Of a stretch of 64,000 nucleotides of DNA, positions 37,924 through 53,058 are shown piece by piece. This DNA is from Phoronis australis (lineage: Eukaryota > Animalia > Phoronida), in contig NMRA01000637.1 in NCBI GenBank assembly GCA_002633005.1, forward strand, positions 29,330-93,329. Reading direction: 5' to 3'. Position numbers and translations under genes: made by a program. Position 1 is the first letter of the stretch. The number at the start of each line of letters is the position of its first letter. Below the pieces are notes generated by a model. The model had not been told where the DNA came from. It did no database searches and saw only the letters and a list, made by a program, of their open reading frames with translations.

Positions 37924-40900
37924 TTTATCTAAACAACGTTCCTTATAACTTTAAGACATAACGTATCAGTGCCACCTATTGATAGACTAACCGGTAGTAG
38001 AGGAATGATTGATGACCAAGAGACTACTATTTCCTTTTGCATGGTGAACGAGAAAGGTTTCTGTTGCATTCCCAACAGGTAAAGCAGCTCGTTAACGACT
38101 TAGTGTCTGACCTGTTTCAATGTCAACGGAAATCGTACGAATTGTAGATTACATCCATTGATTTTATTGCTATTGAACCAGATGTATAGCATTAGGTGCC
38201 GAATCTGTGAAGTAAGATTTTTACAGTCTGCAAAGTTACCCTTTCGTCTTCAGAATATAGAATTGCTTTTTGCCGTGGGTCATTATTTGGGACAATAACG
38301 GCTGTCCTGTGTATTATACCCAGAAGAAAGCACTTTAAAAAACTAAGACTACGTATACAAACCCTTTTGTTGAAATAAACTTTTTCCTATACTCGCATAC
38401 ACCAGATAGCTTAGTCACGTTATATTTCACCAATTTCACAACGTTAAGTATTACATGGCGCCATGTGACATCTTAAAACCAAGCAATATCTTTTAAAACC
38501 CTAAATGCCCAGCAGCAACAAAATCCGTTTAACGTAACCTGACGAGTTCCAGCCGTAATTCCGACGCTCCGACAACAATATACTAGCTCCTCCTGAGCTC
38601 TAATCACCTCTAATAAAAATCTGTGTAAGTTACAACGGCCTAAAGGTGGAGCTTTTAATATAGAAATGCCGCCGAAGGCTGGTCCATCATTGCTTTAACT
38701 AATACGAAGTCATAACATCAGAAGGATATAGCGCGTTTACTTCAAAACTCAATTTCCTGAGTAAACGGAGAAGGCAACGAGATAACGAAACATTGCTACG
38801 CAGAGTATTTCACCGATGCTAGCTACGTTACATAGCTTTTATTAATATCCAACGCGCTCCCGCTGCTGCCGTACTTTTGTATGCGAAAAGAATTCAAATT
38901 CTTCGGCACTTAAGTAAAAATAAGTATTTTGTTCTTAGACAAAATATACTTTAATTTTTTGCTGAAAGATTTTACCACGAAATTCTCTAAAGTGAGCGTG
39001 AAACATTTCTTGCAAGTGTGTTAAAAAGTGTGGTCAATACGATTTAAAGGGCACAGCGAACATCAAAGTTACTTAAATAGAGTGCTTCATAAATCGGTGT
39101 AGGTTTTGCCACGAACCTTAGAATTTAACGTTTCCTCATAACGACATTATAGAAGAGAATATCATTGGCCCCAACGCAGTAGTCTCGTCTTGCAGCCAAA
39201 CGCTCTGCTACTGAACTAAATCGCATTCCGCATATGTACGAGTATCTAACTTGTAAAGTCACCAATCTTGATTTCAAAGAATGACTGGAAGACGACGAGA
39301 ATTGGCGATTAGCAACAAAATCGCAAAAACAACAAATTATCGTTTTGATCAAAGATAACCATATTAAGAAGTCTACCCATCCAACTATAATCTCAAAATT
39401 GCGTTTTTTGGTCGTAAAAACGACAATGCCCCTTCAATACTTAATTTTTATTGATGCACAACTACAAAGTTCCATCATAACTTCACGTCAAGTAGCAGGG
39501 ATAAATTACGGTTTTGCGCCCTATGACGAGTTTCGAGGAAAAATCCGCGCAGCTTAGTTGAACTACAAATGTTACAAGGGTGGGAATCAAACCCTTGCCA
39601 CGAACCGCAAAATTTGCACATCTTGTACTGAACAGAATACCATGAATAAACTTTTAGAAATTGTTACTGATCAAGTTGTAGTGGAATTTGAAATTGAATA
39701 AAGTTCCTATTTTGTGTTTCATCTTAGTACCAGGGTCCATGCATTTGAATACAGATAGGGGCATCGAATAAAAAATAGTCCCAAGCATCACTAAACCTGT
39801 GAAGGCTACAAGTGATCAGTTTCAGGAGTAACTGTTATACTAATAACAATACAATAACAATATCACTACCAATAATAATAACAAATAATAATACTAAATA
39901 ATAATGGTATTAATAATAATAACAGTAATAATAATAATATTCACTTTATTTAACGAGGAAAGAATATAAATATACAAAAACATGCTTAGCAAATACTATT
40001 ATAGAGATGGTCCTCAAATAATTTAATAAATAAGTAAATTATAAAACAAACAAATTGACGTAAATAAAACAGAGATAATCTATTTACAAGTTCAATTTTA
40101 CTAAAAAACAAATATAAGGAAAGATAAAAACTTAGTGAGAGACGACAGCCACAGTATCTAAATTAATCACTGAGCAATTTTAGGACTTCGCGTTTGAAAC
40201 AACTGTAACTGCTGTGAGACCAGCTTCAAGGAAAGAGTGAAGCGCCATTGTGTTATTAGTATTCGTACGACTGTGTTTGGTTAGAACTTTTCCGGTCTAT
40301 CGTCGAATCATTTTCGCGTGATTATTGTACTCCCTTACAAAGCATTGTCGAGTGTGTAAAGTCAAGAGCTGCATTCTGACTACAGTGTAACCATAGAAAA
40401 GAACAAGTGCTTACTGAAAGGTGTAACTTGTGCTTTCTCTCAAAAACAACTGTTGATTTAGGACACTAATACCATTACAAATTCGGTCTCATCTTGTGAA
40501 GTCTTTTTGAAATAAGAAATGATTTCTAAGCTCAGTCGAGGTCTAAGGGGAAGTGACAGACAGTTGTTGCGGGTCACGGCGGGTTCTTCTCAGCTCCCTA
40601 CCCAATATGTTAGGTGGGTTACTCCAACATCATCAAATTTATTGCAACACGAATTCAGGTCCGAAACAAAGCCCAAGAACGAGATGCCGCTTCTTGGAAG
40701 TGCAAACACTTCAAGTTGTAAAGAATGTTGTTGTTTTTGACTATAGTGCCTATATTTTACAACTCGGTATTTTGTGACCGTTGTAAAATTCAACCAAAAC
40801 ATTCGATGGGATGTCCCAAGGAGCAGTCATGCTTCCTGGAGCTCAACATAGGCCTTTAAGCGAGCAGTGCCGTATAAAATGTTTTCGGGTTCCCATGCTG

Positions 40901-43900
40901 TGGTCCCATTAATTTCAGTTGCCCCTGTTGTTACAATTTCCATGTTACCCCTCAGTCGCCACCGAAAGGTGCCTGTGGCGACGACAGGGGGCCCTTGACG
41001 CTTAGCACGGCGCTAGAGCAGCTTTTCTCAACCGGAGAGAACCCTAATCACTCTTCCTGAAACACAGACACGCCTACCACGGCAAGAAAGGTTCTTGGCG
41101 CATCATAAGAATTCTTTTAGCGCATGCAATCTTAAGTGTTCTTTGGTCACTAAATTAGAGTTCCGCTACCGTGATAAAAATTCTACTCCGTGGTAAGTGC
41201 TTTGCAGCTGTGTTAAAGGTTCAATAACCATTCCATGCATGCAACTAAATATATGCAGTACCACCACACGTTGCTGATTTATCCCTCAGCACCATCCTAG
41301 CAAGAGTGATTAGAGAGACACAGTCGGTTTTACAGCCTAAAAACACATGGTTAGGTTACTTCAAAGATAATGATTGCGGTTGATAAGATGTGCACAAGTT
41401 GTGGTGACGTCACATATGACGTCATTGACTGTTATCGTCTGCCGACCTCATAAGAGATTTAAGATGTTTGCTTGGCAGTGGAAATGGATCTTACAGCCCT
41501 AGCAAGGACCTGCAGCCAGGGTTAATTCCGTTTAAGCAAACAACTTAGCCGATCGAAAAGCACGGAAAAGCGTGAAAAACACCTGATGAAAGCCGCACAC
41601 CCTCACAATATAACGTTGGAGCACAATTAGATTTCACCGGTAGATTGCCGCTATTTCTTTAACCTGTACTCTGGGTCAAATCTTTGTACTTGGAACTCGA
41701 CTCGAAAATTGAGGAATTACCTCGAGTAAACCTAGATGTGGCATGACTGGTGAAGTTTCTAGTCTATATATGAATCGAATCTAAGCTCCGGAGATTAGAC
41801 CCTGGGCCCTAGGCTACAAGGTCAATCAACTAGGGTAAACTAGACTATAGGTCTACTAGACTGCGACATGGGCTGCGTGGTCTGCTGAACAATGTGGGCA
41901 TGTGAAGAAAAGGCCAGTAGCTAATATCTTGAGTGTATGTGAGAAAAAGAAGCACACTGGAATTGTAATGTAACCTCTCTGTAGACTAAGTGCTTGAGAA
42001 CGAAATAAAACGCTGGACTGTCTCGCGAGATATATTGAACATCTCCAGAAATGCTAGTATGCCTTGCTAGACAGCTGGTGAGGATTACGTTCCCCTCTTG
42101 TCTTTCAGATGTAACGTGACATTCATTCTTACCTTTGATTGATTTTAAGCGTAAACATAGAATAGTAATTGAGAAGCTTTTAATGTTTTCAGTATTGATT
42201 AATTAACCGACTAAATTGATCACCCAGTCCCCGAAATTTTGAAACGGTCGCTAAGAATACAAAACTCACTTAATTTCCTAAATGTCCAGTCCCCATTGAA
42301 AATCCAACAACTTGGAAATTATAAGCGCTAACCAATGCTGTTTTTAGGATAACTAGTACCAAAATTATGTGTTTTAGAAAAAATTCCTCAACTATTACAT
42401 TTTTGTCTGCAAACCCGATGTGAGCTTGCGACGGTAAGGGGTTACCTGAAAGTTACATCGTTGAAGTCACGGGTCATGACCTTCGGAGACTTTTGCTAAC
42501 GATAAGTTGAAGAAAGCGCATTATTCACATGAGAAAATTCGGATCAAGTGTTGAGTGTTTTTGATACAAAATCGCTCATGTTCAAGCTTTATTGTCGTCG
42601 ATGATGCTTCTTTAAACGGTGGTTGCCTCCTCGATACCATGGTAACGCAGCTTGAAGACTATTTAAGTAAAATACTAAGAAACTTTGCAGTGTAGGCTTT
42701 GTACAGCCAAGTCACAGTTAGCTATAAAGACGAATTATAAGGATTCAATTTACCCGTTCATCAATTTTAGGGATTACTTAGTGGCGGAGTCGTTTCATGC
42801 CCATTCAACTAATCCTAAAAAACCTACTGTATTTATAATTGTAAACGTTTTCCCCGAGTTCTGCGAGAGGTAGCCACATGTCCATATAGATGGCGCTTTG
42901 ACAGAGGGTAACTGTCTATCGAAAAATTGTCAACGATTAGGGCTAGTCCACCCGACGAAACACAGCAGTCTGTGGATGGGAGAGAATGGACTGAACGAAA
43001 CGTCGTCGACAAAGTAGGATAGACATTTTACACGCTCGTCGGCTCAAACGTGCTAACAATGGAATAGAGAAATCTTCACTGTCTACGACGATGCCTAATA
43101 TTAACCGTACGTTATGACCAACAGAGCAAATGGCTATTCCATTAGCAAATCATATTGCAGCAACTCATGACTGCGTTTTTAATTTTATTTCCATATTGTT
43201 TCCACTTATCCTGATTGTTTGCTCGCTATGTGATCTCACAGGCATTATTTTTGCGTCACCAGGATTCACGACCGGTTCCTAATTTGCGTTCGCGGTGTAT
43301 TCTCACCTTCTGTGACACCTCCCTTGCTTGAATTTAGACTTAGAGACATGGCATTGTCGAACTGCAAACTGTATTATTCTATGAAAAACGTCGAAGAAAT
43401 ACACTGGCCTTGAGTTCTGTAAGCTACTAAAACATCTACTAGACGTAGACAGTTTTAATGCAACACTTGATCACCCCGTAATATCGCTTCATAAACCATT
43501 AGAGAGTGAGGCAAATTTCCGTAATCTTTCATAAATTGCCCAAAAAGCAATCTCATTCCATTAGGATTTGTGATTTATGTACCGTATTTGACCTCATCCA
43601 CCTGTGGTGTTTGAGTTGGGTTCAAACAGTGAGATTTCGGTAAAAATAGTATATCGGAATTATTTAAAAAGCCATTTCAACTCACGCTGTCGCAGTCGGT
43701 GTAACTAGAATGACATTTTGATTGGGTTTAAATATATAACCTCGTCACTAATGGCGCTGTACTTCAGAATTATCCAATTAGGGTACAGGCCTTACAATTT
43801 GTAGTTATATTTTGTCTTGAATACAGCACGAGAATAACCCACTGAGACATGGCAGTGTACACGACCGCGTTTCCGGGGGGGGGGNGGGGGGGGGGGGAGG

Positions 43901-45294
43901 CGGAGAAAGGCTGTCGGACTCCTTGCCCCAATTTGTTTCGGAACAAAGCTGGGCCGCGAGAAACTCACGAAAAAACGATCACGGAATACCACGCAAAATC
44001 AGGCAAGCTCATTAGCGTACCCTGGCCAGGCGATGCCGACCATCGGAGCGGTCGGTGGAATGTTGACTAACGGGATGGAATTCGCTGTTTCGTTCCGTAA
44101 GTCAAGACTTCTGTTCACGAATGCTTCGCCAGTGCCTTGCGTCCACGGAACACGTCCCGCTTGTGACGCACCGCGTTTGACGAATGCAACGTGCAACGTG
44201 ACGGTGGGCGGGACAGAGGGAAACAATCCGACGCATTTAGCGAAACTACATGTATTTGAACGGCAACGTAACGCTTGGGCCCATTATTCAAGCTAGGTGA
44301 GGTTTCATCATCATTGAAATTTCTTGGTTACATGTTCACGCAGTAATCACAAATGAAAGACAGCTCAAATTCTTTGGTTGACAAACATGTGCAAGGGACA
44401 GGATCTAGCCTCTGTACTCAAGACTCTACTCGGACCCAGGTTCGAAACTTTAATCCATCACGCGGCATGATTGGAGAACAAATTTATAACCACTTGAAGC
44501 GTGCCATGCAGCTGGTCGATTTTCGAATCGAGTTTCGAGTACAGAGATAATTACTAGGCCTGTTTCCAAAAGACATTTACGAGTAAAATAACTGCACAAG
44601 CGTTGCCCGCCTAATTCAATCACAGGTCTGACCTCATTGTTTATTTCTAAAGGAAAGTCGAAACGGATGCTATAATGGCGACCATTTTTACATCAATATG
44701 GATAGGCTTAATAAACATCGTTCTTGACCTCACGTTTAATTAAATGGAATGCCAGTCTCTAACGCTGTTGGGCCCTCGTTTTAAAATATAGCGATTTACC
44801 CAGAACCAATTTACAACACTTCCTACTGTTTGAACATAATTCACGTCAAACGTTAAATTGGAATCACTAAATATCTAGTTACAATTGAACATAGACATCA
44901 ATTATTCTATTATATAACGGCAATGAGACTGGAAACTTGTTCAGAATATAGGTACTAATGTGCACTACACTATTTTTAGGCCAAATCTGGCAATGGTGAC
45001 TTCCGACAGCCCGTACACAACATTCACATATTTAAGCTGTTTTTATAAGAACGACAGACGTTACAGCTTCATCACATGGTTTAAGGCAGTGTACAAGTTC
45101 GAAGAATCGAAAACAAACATGTCTCCTGTTCTTGCAGTTTTGAGAAACACATTTAAAAAGACAGAATTATGCTTTACCTTGCAATCGCTGTACATATACC
45201 AAAAACTGCGGTCATTGAACCATGAAGATTATAATCGAACATTCTTTTCTCGAGTGTCTAGCCTACATAGAAACTAGTTTCCGGTAATCGCCCA

Positions 45295-45429
45295 GTAGAG
45301 TTCAGTAACGCTAGAACCTCGCTAAAAGCAAGACTTCACGAGATTACAAGAGATATCGCTGTGTATTTTAAATGAGAACACGTACTTTTGTCTAGGTTTT
45401 AGTAAGGTTCTAGCGTTACTGAACTCCAC
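45295..45429. mobile_element. Small fold-back MITE
   Basis: GTAGAGTTCAGTAACGCTAGAACCT...AGGTTCTAGCGTTACTGAACTCCAC (24 of 25 positions pair). Confidence 0.75.
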
Positions 45430-45671
45430 CCAATAGTCCGCACGTGTGTTCGTCACTCCAAAGTGCAAGAGATCTGATGAAACAGGTTTGGGACATTCTT
45501 TGATCTCAGAACATTACTTGAGTGAGATCGCTGATCGGATTCATATGAAACTCTCAGATAGCATGCTTTATGCCCTGTTCTCAAAATTAAATAATTATTT
45601 GTTAGTACATGTTCTACTTTTGGATGAAGGGCTATCAAAATAAGACTTATGATTTTCATGAAAAAAACCGT

Positions 45672-45946
45672 TTAAGGTAGTACAAAACGAAAACGAAATA
45701 ATTAAGAAAATTATAACTTTTTAGATTTCTCACCTTGTTTTGCTATCAATGTATCTTTTTTATTAAATTTTACAATACAAAATGGTCACGTGACCCAATT
45801 AATAACTGGTTAACTTGGTAAAAATTCAAAATTCTACAAAGTGTCTACTTTTACAAAATATTATACTTTTACTGAGTTAAAATCATTCGTTTTTAGACAT
45901 TTTGCCAAGTGTACAGAGTTGTCCATATGGTCCTACACAACCTTAA
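45672..45946 (+). mobile_element. AT-rich TTAA-flanked (Kolobok-like) MITE; related decayed copies at about 14250-14720, 29260-29600 (inverted) and 58810-59316
   Basis: TTAAGGT...ACCTTAA ends. The internal ggtcacgtgacc motif is shared across copies, and caacttc(a/g)gaaaatcata occurs at about 14265 and 58822. Confidence 0.55.
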
Positions 45947-46965
45947 ACGTGGGGATAATCTTGCTTCTTTTTGAAGTTCTACTTTCAAATTGTTTACTTT
46001 TTGCGAATCTAGTCAAGCTACAGAATACATCATTAATAACTCAAACTAAATCACGAAAAACGCATAGACTAATCGTTTAGACATTTAACTTCTATTTCAC
46101 TAACCCAGTCTCGTAAGGCCATAGACACGCTGAAAATGCATGGCCCTCATTTGTCCGTGAGTGACGCCGCACGTCACCAGTCGGACGAATCGCCGCGAAG
46201 GAAAATATCGTGGACGAATGAACGCGATACGCGGACGAAACAATTTCGTTATCGGAAAATTCCAACAGTTAGGATAAACATGACGAACAAACCACAGATA
46301 GACGGCGCTCAGAGGTATGTTTTTTTCACTGATCCGCTAGCGAAAAACAGCATTAGTCAACCATAGCTACTTAACGACACATTGTTCTTTTGTGATCACT
46401 GGCATAAATCCCAGATAATGATTTTCTGGCTATGATTTGATTAGATTTGAATTATTATTATTATTGTGCAACCGGATTTTTGTAATAATAACAACCATGA
46501 GCGTGTACTAGCAGTAGTCAAAATGATTTGTTCACGAATGGAGTCCGGCATATTTGAGCAAAAGCTGTAGTCACTACATTTGCGGCTATTTGGTTATCAT
46601 TTTCTGAATCGCTGTGAAAACAGTTGGACAGAGATTTATTCTTAGAAAGCAAAACGATAGTTACACGCCGGCAAAATAAACAAAATAGTGACCATTAAAA
46701 AGTTCCAACGATGTATCCGGCTAACACCAAAATTAGCCACAGATAGTACTCTCTGTCTAATTTTGTGATATGCTATATTTAAAACAAGATGAAGCTCTTA
46801 TAAGCCCACTTCCTGTCGAGAAAACTAATTCTTGAGTAAAAACACCGCTACAGAATTGGTTTCAACTTGTGCCGTACTCCAATGAGAGGTGACTGGCATT
46901 CTTGTAAAGAACTGACAGGTCATTATTGCTCGCGACTTTGCTCGACGAACAAAATGACACTACGC

Positions 46966-47215
46966 GAGGAGGGAGGGAGGGAGGGAGGGAGGCAGAGAGA
47001 GGGAGAGGGAGAGAGGGAGAGAGGGAGNNNNNNNNNNNNNNNNNNNNNNNNNNNNNNNNNNNNNNNNNNNNNNNNNNNNNNNNNNNNNNNNNNNNNNNNN
47101 NNNNNNNNNNNNNNNNNNNNNNNNNNNNNNNNNNNNNNNNNNNNNNNNNNNNNNNNNNNNNNNNNNNNNNNNNNNNNNNNNNNGAGAGAGAGAGAGACAG
47201 AGAGAGAGAGAGAGA
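46966..47215. repeat. GA/GGGA microsatellite spanning an assembly gap
   Basis: Purine repeats flank the N run at 47028-47183. Confidence 0.9.
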
Positions 47216-48861
47216 CGTATCTTCAGACTTGTGGTCGCGATAGGATAGGGAAGGATGGACGTGCCTTCTATAATCCGCAGGGGAACTAGAGTATGGGGTG
47301 TGTTGTTCCAATAAATGCTGTTTTTAAAGCACATGGTGAATTTGTTGACTGAATAAGAAAGTATTATGTCAACGGTGGTGACGACGGTAAATTTACCAAA
47401 CGGTTGTTGATCAGGAGGAGTTGGGATGCAGTGGTGCAGCTTATCTACGATGCCTGAGACCACGACAATGATTGCCTTCAAATGAGCCGGTGATTGGGAA
47501 GACGACGCCGGCCGAAGAAGTTTAGTCTGGATCATCGACTGACGGCCCAAATGAAATTCTGGATATTTTAAAGGGAAATTATAGGCGAGATGAGTCTCAG
47601 CATGAAATCAAAAACTGGAACGCACGCAGTCAGAGTCTCACGGGCTGATAAAGCTAATTCGCACTCTGTAAATGGCAGAGTATTTTAAGCGTAAAATAAC
47701 CACATGTAGTGAAATCACCAGAATCAATTTCAGTGGATGATTGACAGGTAACGGCAACAATTGGCGATTTGTAATGTGATCACAAAAACACAACGCATTA
47801 TAGCTCTAGTCAAAGTTAACACCTTATGAATTTTTATCCCATCCAACAGTCCAAACATGAGTTTTCCGGCAGTAAAACTGATCGTGTCACTTTAAGGATT
47901 TTCAGAAACGCTTCGTGCAATTTTACTGTGGTTGTTATGTCGTCAGATTCATTTCGCGCCAGGAAAATTTTGATGAATGTCCCTCAATCTATTCAAATCG
48001 TCTGCAATTGTGTCAAAATCACTAATTGCAAATAGATTATCGATACCGTACGCCGCTCCTAAAGTGAAACATGTTAATGAGACGAAAGACCAAGACTCTA
48101 AATCAACGGTCTCTGTCTTACGTTTCCGTTGCTTTTGGAAGTAAGTTTGGAGGCTAACACACAAGTTTCACTCGCTGCCACATCACATCCACTACTGGCC
48201 TCCAAGCGTATAGCCTTCATACATGGTCTCCAAACAGTCTCCAAACATAGCCTCCAAACATACTACAAACATAGTCTCAACACTGATAGCTGGGATTGCT
48301 CATCGCTATTTGACATTATTTCATTGGTTTCCCCTATTTTAGTCTAGTATATAGGAATATACTCTTACGCATAAACTCGTTAGTGTCAAATATTAATGAA
48401 CAAGAATTTCATTCATCGTTTTTTCTCAAAGTACACATTATTGATTCACTTTTTAATTTTCCTCAGTTCATTTATTTTTGGTTTCAGTTGAAATTTATTA
48501 CGTCACTCTTTATTTTCTATGCTTCATTTTCATACGAAAACAAATCTAGTTTCTCCTAACTGACACAAAAACAAACATTAGTGAAAGAATTATTATTAAA
48601 GGTTCGGTGTGTTCAGATGTAAAACGATCAATAAAATCAGTTGTTTTTGACATTTTATTACAAATCGCCAATTCTCGCAAGTCTGCCAGACATTCGTTGA
48701 AATCAAGGTTGTTGACTTTACCAGTGAAACGCGCTTAAAATACTCTGCCGTTTATCGAGTGCCACTCCCAGTGGGATTTAACTCCGTCAGTGGAGCATTG
48801 AAATGCAATCGCGGGGGTTGATAATACAAGAAAATCACTTTTCACGCCGATGATGTCCCTT

Positions 48862-48940
48862 AAGTGGGCGTGGTCTGAAGAAGTAACGACCTGTCAGTTA
48901 TTTCCAAGCTTCGAAACCATTTCTAATCTCAGCAAGCATT
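48862..48940 (+). repeat. Short dispersed repeat; second copy at about 53505-53578
   Basis: gggcgtggtctgaag...aacgacc(t/a)gtcagttattt..caagc is shared between the two sites. Confidence 0.7.
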
Positions 48941-49193
48941 AGAATTCCATAAATATGCTCCAAAAGCCAACATTCGTTAGGTATCCTCATATGTCACCCA
49001 TTTTCGGCTCTTTTCAAGCTTTTGCCATAAAATGGCAATGTATGTAATTGCACCGGAAGTCACTGTCAACATGACTTCGTGCAATATGTTCAAGGTGTAA
49101 CAGATTACAAAAGATAATAAGAAAATTTCAGGAGAAATTGATGACGCGTCAACAAACTCTCATGACGTCTTCTACTTCGTCTTCTGATACAAC

Positions 49194-49679
49194 CATAGAC
49201 TATAGTACATGGACCGCCAACTCCGTATATTTTCGAAGGACGAAGTCTGTGACAATGAGCTATACATTATATCATTAGTTGTATTTATCTCATTGATCTG
49301 TGATCTCACGCACAAGCTGTGACGTCAGTATACACCAGCGACACCTGGCAAAATTAGCGAGTAATACTTCCGGCAAGTACGTCGTCTGCTAATCATGGTT
49401 GGCTGTTGTGTGGTCGGGTGTTGGCCACACAGGCTAAATGTAAAGGAATAAGTTTAGTAGCATTGCCAAAAGTACTCGCGATACCAACAGTTCTACTATT
49501 GGAAAACTTTGAACAGCGTTTCAATGTCGAAATTATGTTTTTTACGTTGTACTAGACAGTAAAATATATGAAAGAATTTCCCGTCACAATACACGAACCG
49601 GGAACTGAAACTGGTAATTCAGGAGGCTGGCGCCTCTTCTAGGATGTTGGCGTTGTGAATCTGTTGTCTATAATCTATG
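49194..49679 (-). mobile_element. MITE with CATAGACTATAG termini (copy 2, inverted)
   Basis: CATAGACTATAG...CTATAATCTATG, flanked by ATACAAC/ATATAAC (TSD-like). Confidence 0.75.
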
Positions 49680-52600
49680 ATATAACTAGATCTTACACTT
49701 GAAAGGTGAAAAAAAGGGTCAACAACGGAACAAAGCAACTAAAACGCGTTCGCAGGCATTCGGACCTGCTTAGGTTGAGCTGAGAAAAGGTAGTGTTATC
49801 ACTTGCTTCGTATATAACGCAAGGCGATATCTCGCGTGGACGTGGTTTTTGCCAGTTTCGAAGGACAGCATTGTTTAGATAGCCACTCTCAGACTCTTTC
49901 CCGACCTATGCGATTATCAAGCCTGACTCATGACTGATTTATAAGAGTAGAAAGCGACTTCAGAGAGTTTTGATTCGAAATAACGGATATAGGAAAGTTG
50001 ATGTGTTATCGATCACTCAAATTTTGCACCTAGCCAGTGTTTAAAGAACTGAAACTCCGCCTTGGAGTGAGGGATGCCTTTTTTCAACAACAGCTATGCT
50101 ACCCTTCGGACGTTATCAGTTGTGGAGACTTTCATCAGCACACATCGTTCGCACATCTCAGTTGCTGTCTAAAAGATCACTGCCCAACTGACTTCTGGGT
50201 CAACGTGCACCACATTGAAAACGAACTTTGAAAGAGGTTACGCCGTGATTGTACACATGATTTGGCCAAGCACTAACTAGACGGAAGCAGTCTCCTGCAC
50301 GCGACATATCAGTAATCAAGTGGTAACCAAAAACAGGGCCACGTGGCGTCACATGTTCGTGGGGAGAAGACGTTGGCTGTATCCCTAGTTTATCCCGAGG
50401 TTGCGGAAGGTACCATGCGAACCTGCAGTGTGTAGACAACGGCTGTCAGACATCAGGGAAAGGCCTTAAGGCGTCTGTGTCCAAGTTATTACCTGAAACT
50501 AGAGTCACGTCACGACCCTTCGTTGATCACTTCGTCTTTCACGTATGGATATAAAAGCAGAATAGATTCTTCCCATTCAAATGTTGAGGTTCTTGCCATT
50601 TGTTGAGAGTATTGCGTTACCTGAACGGACATAACCATATCCTTGCCGCTTCATTTTAGTTAAAAACCTCATAAAGCGGGTTTAAACGCAAGTTAATTCT
50701 GTCGAAACGTAAGCCCAAATAATGCTCATTCAAATTTAAGTGGGAATTCCTCAGAAATTCCTTGTCAAAACCTTACTACTCCGCAGTTTAACTGAGACAG
50801 AAGCCAAAGAGCGGTAATAAACCAACGTTCCGTAAGAGCTAATTAGAGCACATGGCATTGAAATAAAAGCAATAGTTGTCTTAGGACACGAAGCGTTATG
50901 AAATTGTTTCCAACTTCCTCCTGTCTTAAATAAGAGTCGATTTCTAGGTTTGAAAAGAGTTGACAATGTATTGTTGCCACGGCTGTCGATAAAAGATGGA
51001 TTGTCGCGGTTGCTTATTTTTTGACATCAAGCACTGACGAACTTTCCGTTACTTTAAAGCCTGGAAACCATATCCCATGTGATTAAAGTCCTGGTCTCAC
51101 ACGTTGTTAACCCTTATAACATGGTTAGAGGATGTTATAAGGATCCATGAAGTACCTACCCCATAACTAATACACGATCCGTACTCTAAAAAAGTTTAAA
51201 TGAAAGCGTCACTCACGATTCGCACCCGAAGACTTAAAACAGAAAAATATGAATCATTTTGTGACACCTAGTCAAGCCTTGAACAGCAGTTGACAGTCAA
51301 ACAAAAAACCATTTCAAAATTATTTCAACTATTTTTTTAGCTTAGTGTAAGTTCACCTGAATAGGAAATTCACAGTAAATAATTCGAATATGTCTTATAT
51401 TTTTGCACAAAAAACACGAAAATTGAACAAAGTTCCTTTTTTGTAGCAACATTTGTCAAAATGTATCAACGTTAAATCTTCACAAATTACAAAGTAACAG
51501 GTTGAACATGCGTTCCAATTCAGCAGAAGTCGCCATGTTGTTGGTGCCGCCAGGGAATTGTGAGCACATTTATCACTTAATAAGTAACAACTGCGAGGAT
51601 GAAATTTGGTGAAAACTGTTGAATCGTGCAGAATAGTAAGTAAAGATATGTCTAACTAAATTTCACCGTAAATTGTTGGCGAAGACAATTTACACAAAGT
51701 TTTAAACTCGTAACTTATCCCGCTGTCTTCAAATGTGGCCGACGCGATCTAAAAAAAATACCCAAATTTCGCCACAAAAATTGCAATAACTTTTGCTTGC
51801 CCCGATTTTGATACTTTTCGATTTTTACTGTTCAGAAAAAATAATAACGCGATGTCGTTCTTTTGGAAGAGGAGAGAGGTTGTTTCTAACACCAAAACAT
51901 GGTTCATGGCGGCTTTATATTTTCAACGCGATATTAAGCACACACTTTTTGTCAAAAAAGTTCCGATTGAGACCACTAACTAATGGAAATTCTAGATTAT
52001 TTCAAAGCTGATAATTTTATTTCTTTAAAGAACTATAAATTTATTGAATTTGAAGATATATGGTCTCTTGTAGATCCACTCTTTAGCTCTAAAAGTCTAG
52101 AAATCTGATCTCTGTGGGAATGAGAAGTTTGTATGTGACGTGAATAGTACTTTGCTTATCTTCGTTAGTGTACAATCATAACTGCGTCATTCGACAACTG
52201 TCATCTCTTTACCATAATGTGAACTATGGTTGTACTCTAATGAACATTAAAAAAATATGTGAAGTTACTGTCAAATTATTCATTGGTCAAATTAGACGTG
52301 ATTTCTGGTCCTCTAAAGTCTCGAGCCCTGAGATCACTTCAAGATAAGACCAACTTCATAGCGGTAAATGGCCCAAATCAAGGCTTTTTGACAGAAAGCA
52401 CGGGTTTAATATCGCTGTAAGGGAATTCATCCATTATCCAGCTCCGTAGAACAAACTTAAAAGCGAAGATTGATAACGCCATGATTTGCGTTATTTACGC
52501 CATGATTTGCGTTATTAACGATGTATGAATTATTATTTTCTTAAAGCCAACACCTCATTATTGAGGAAATACAAAAGATCTGTTTGCAGAGATGCTTTCA

Positions 52601-53004
52601 TTACACTCGTTTTACGTCATTTCCGGTGCACTTGCAGACCCACGCCATTAGAAGCATGGCCGACTATTTCCATGGTGTTGATCTCGAGCATGGCAGCATA
52701 TGCATGCATGGAAATAAAAATTAAAAAACAATTAAACGGGAGATGCTTTGTAAAGGGCAATTTTGCACAACAAATGCACCCAAAGAATTTTACTAAAGCA
52801 CAGATCGGGTAAAGTCCAAATTTAGAGTCCTCGTCTTGATAACGTATTTTGACTGAGCCAGAGGCTATCAGTAGAACTCGAGTTCGTGCATCGAGCAGCG
52901 GGATAGTCCTAATTGTATTAACTTGTCCGCTGATACGGTTCGTACCAGTTTATAACAGACACGTGTGCCGGTGATGTTTTCACAACTGCTCGCGTTAAAA
53001 TTCT

Positions 53005-53058
53005 CGGGCCAAACTGCTCGCGCTTGGGCCAAACTGCTCGCGCTCGGGTCAAACTGCT
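53005..53058 (+). repeat. 20-bp tandem repeat, about 2.7 copies
   Basis: Unit cgggccaaactgctcgcgct. Confidence 0.8.

Noticed and set aside
46862-47550. Long ORFs of 105-196 aa, and similar ones at 31012-31524
   Set aside because: They are inflated by N runs and simple repeats, with no recognisable domain.
50037-50439. LINE endonuclease-like words (CGDFH; EHVTPR...LITD)
   Set aside because: They occur on opposite strands and are too degenerate to support a call.
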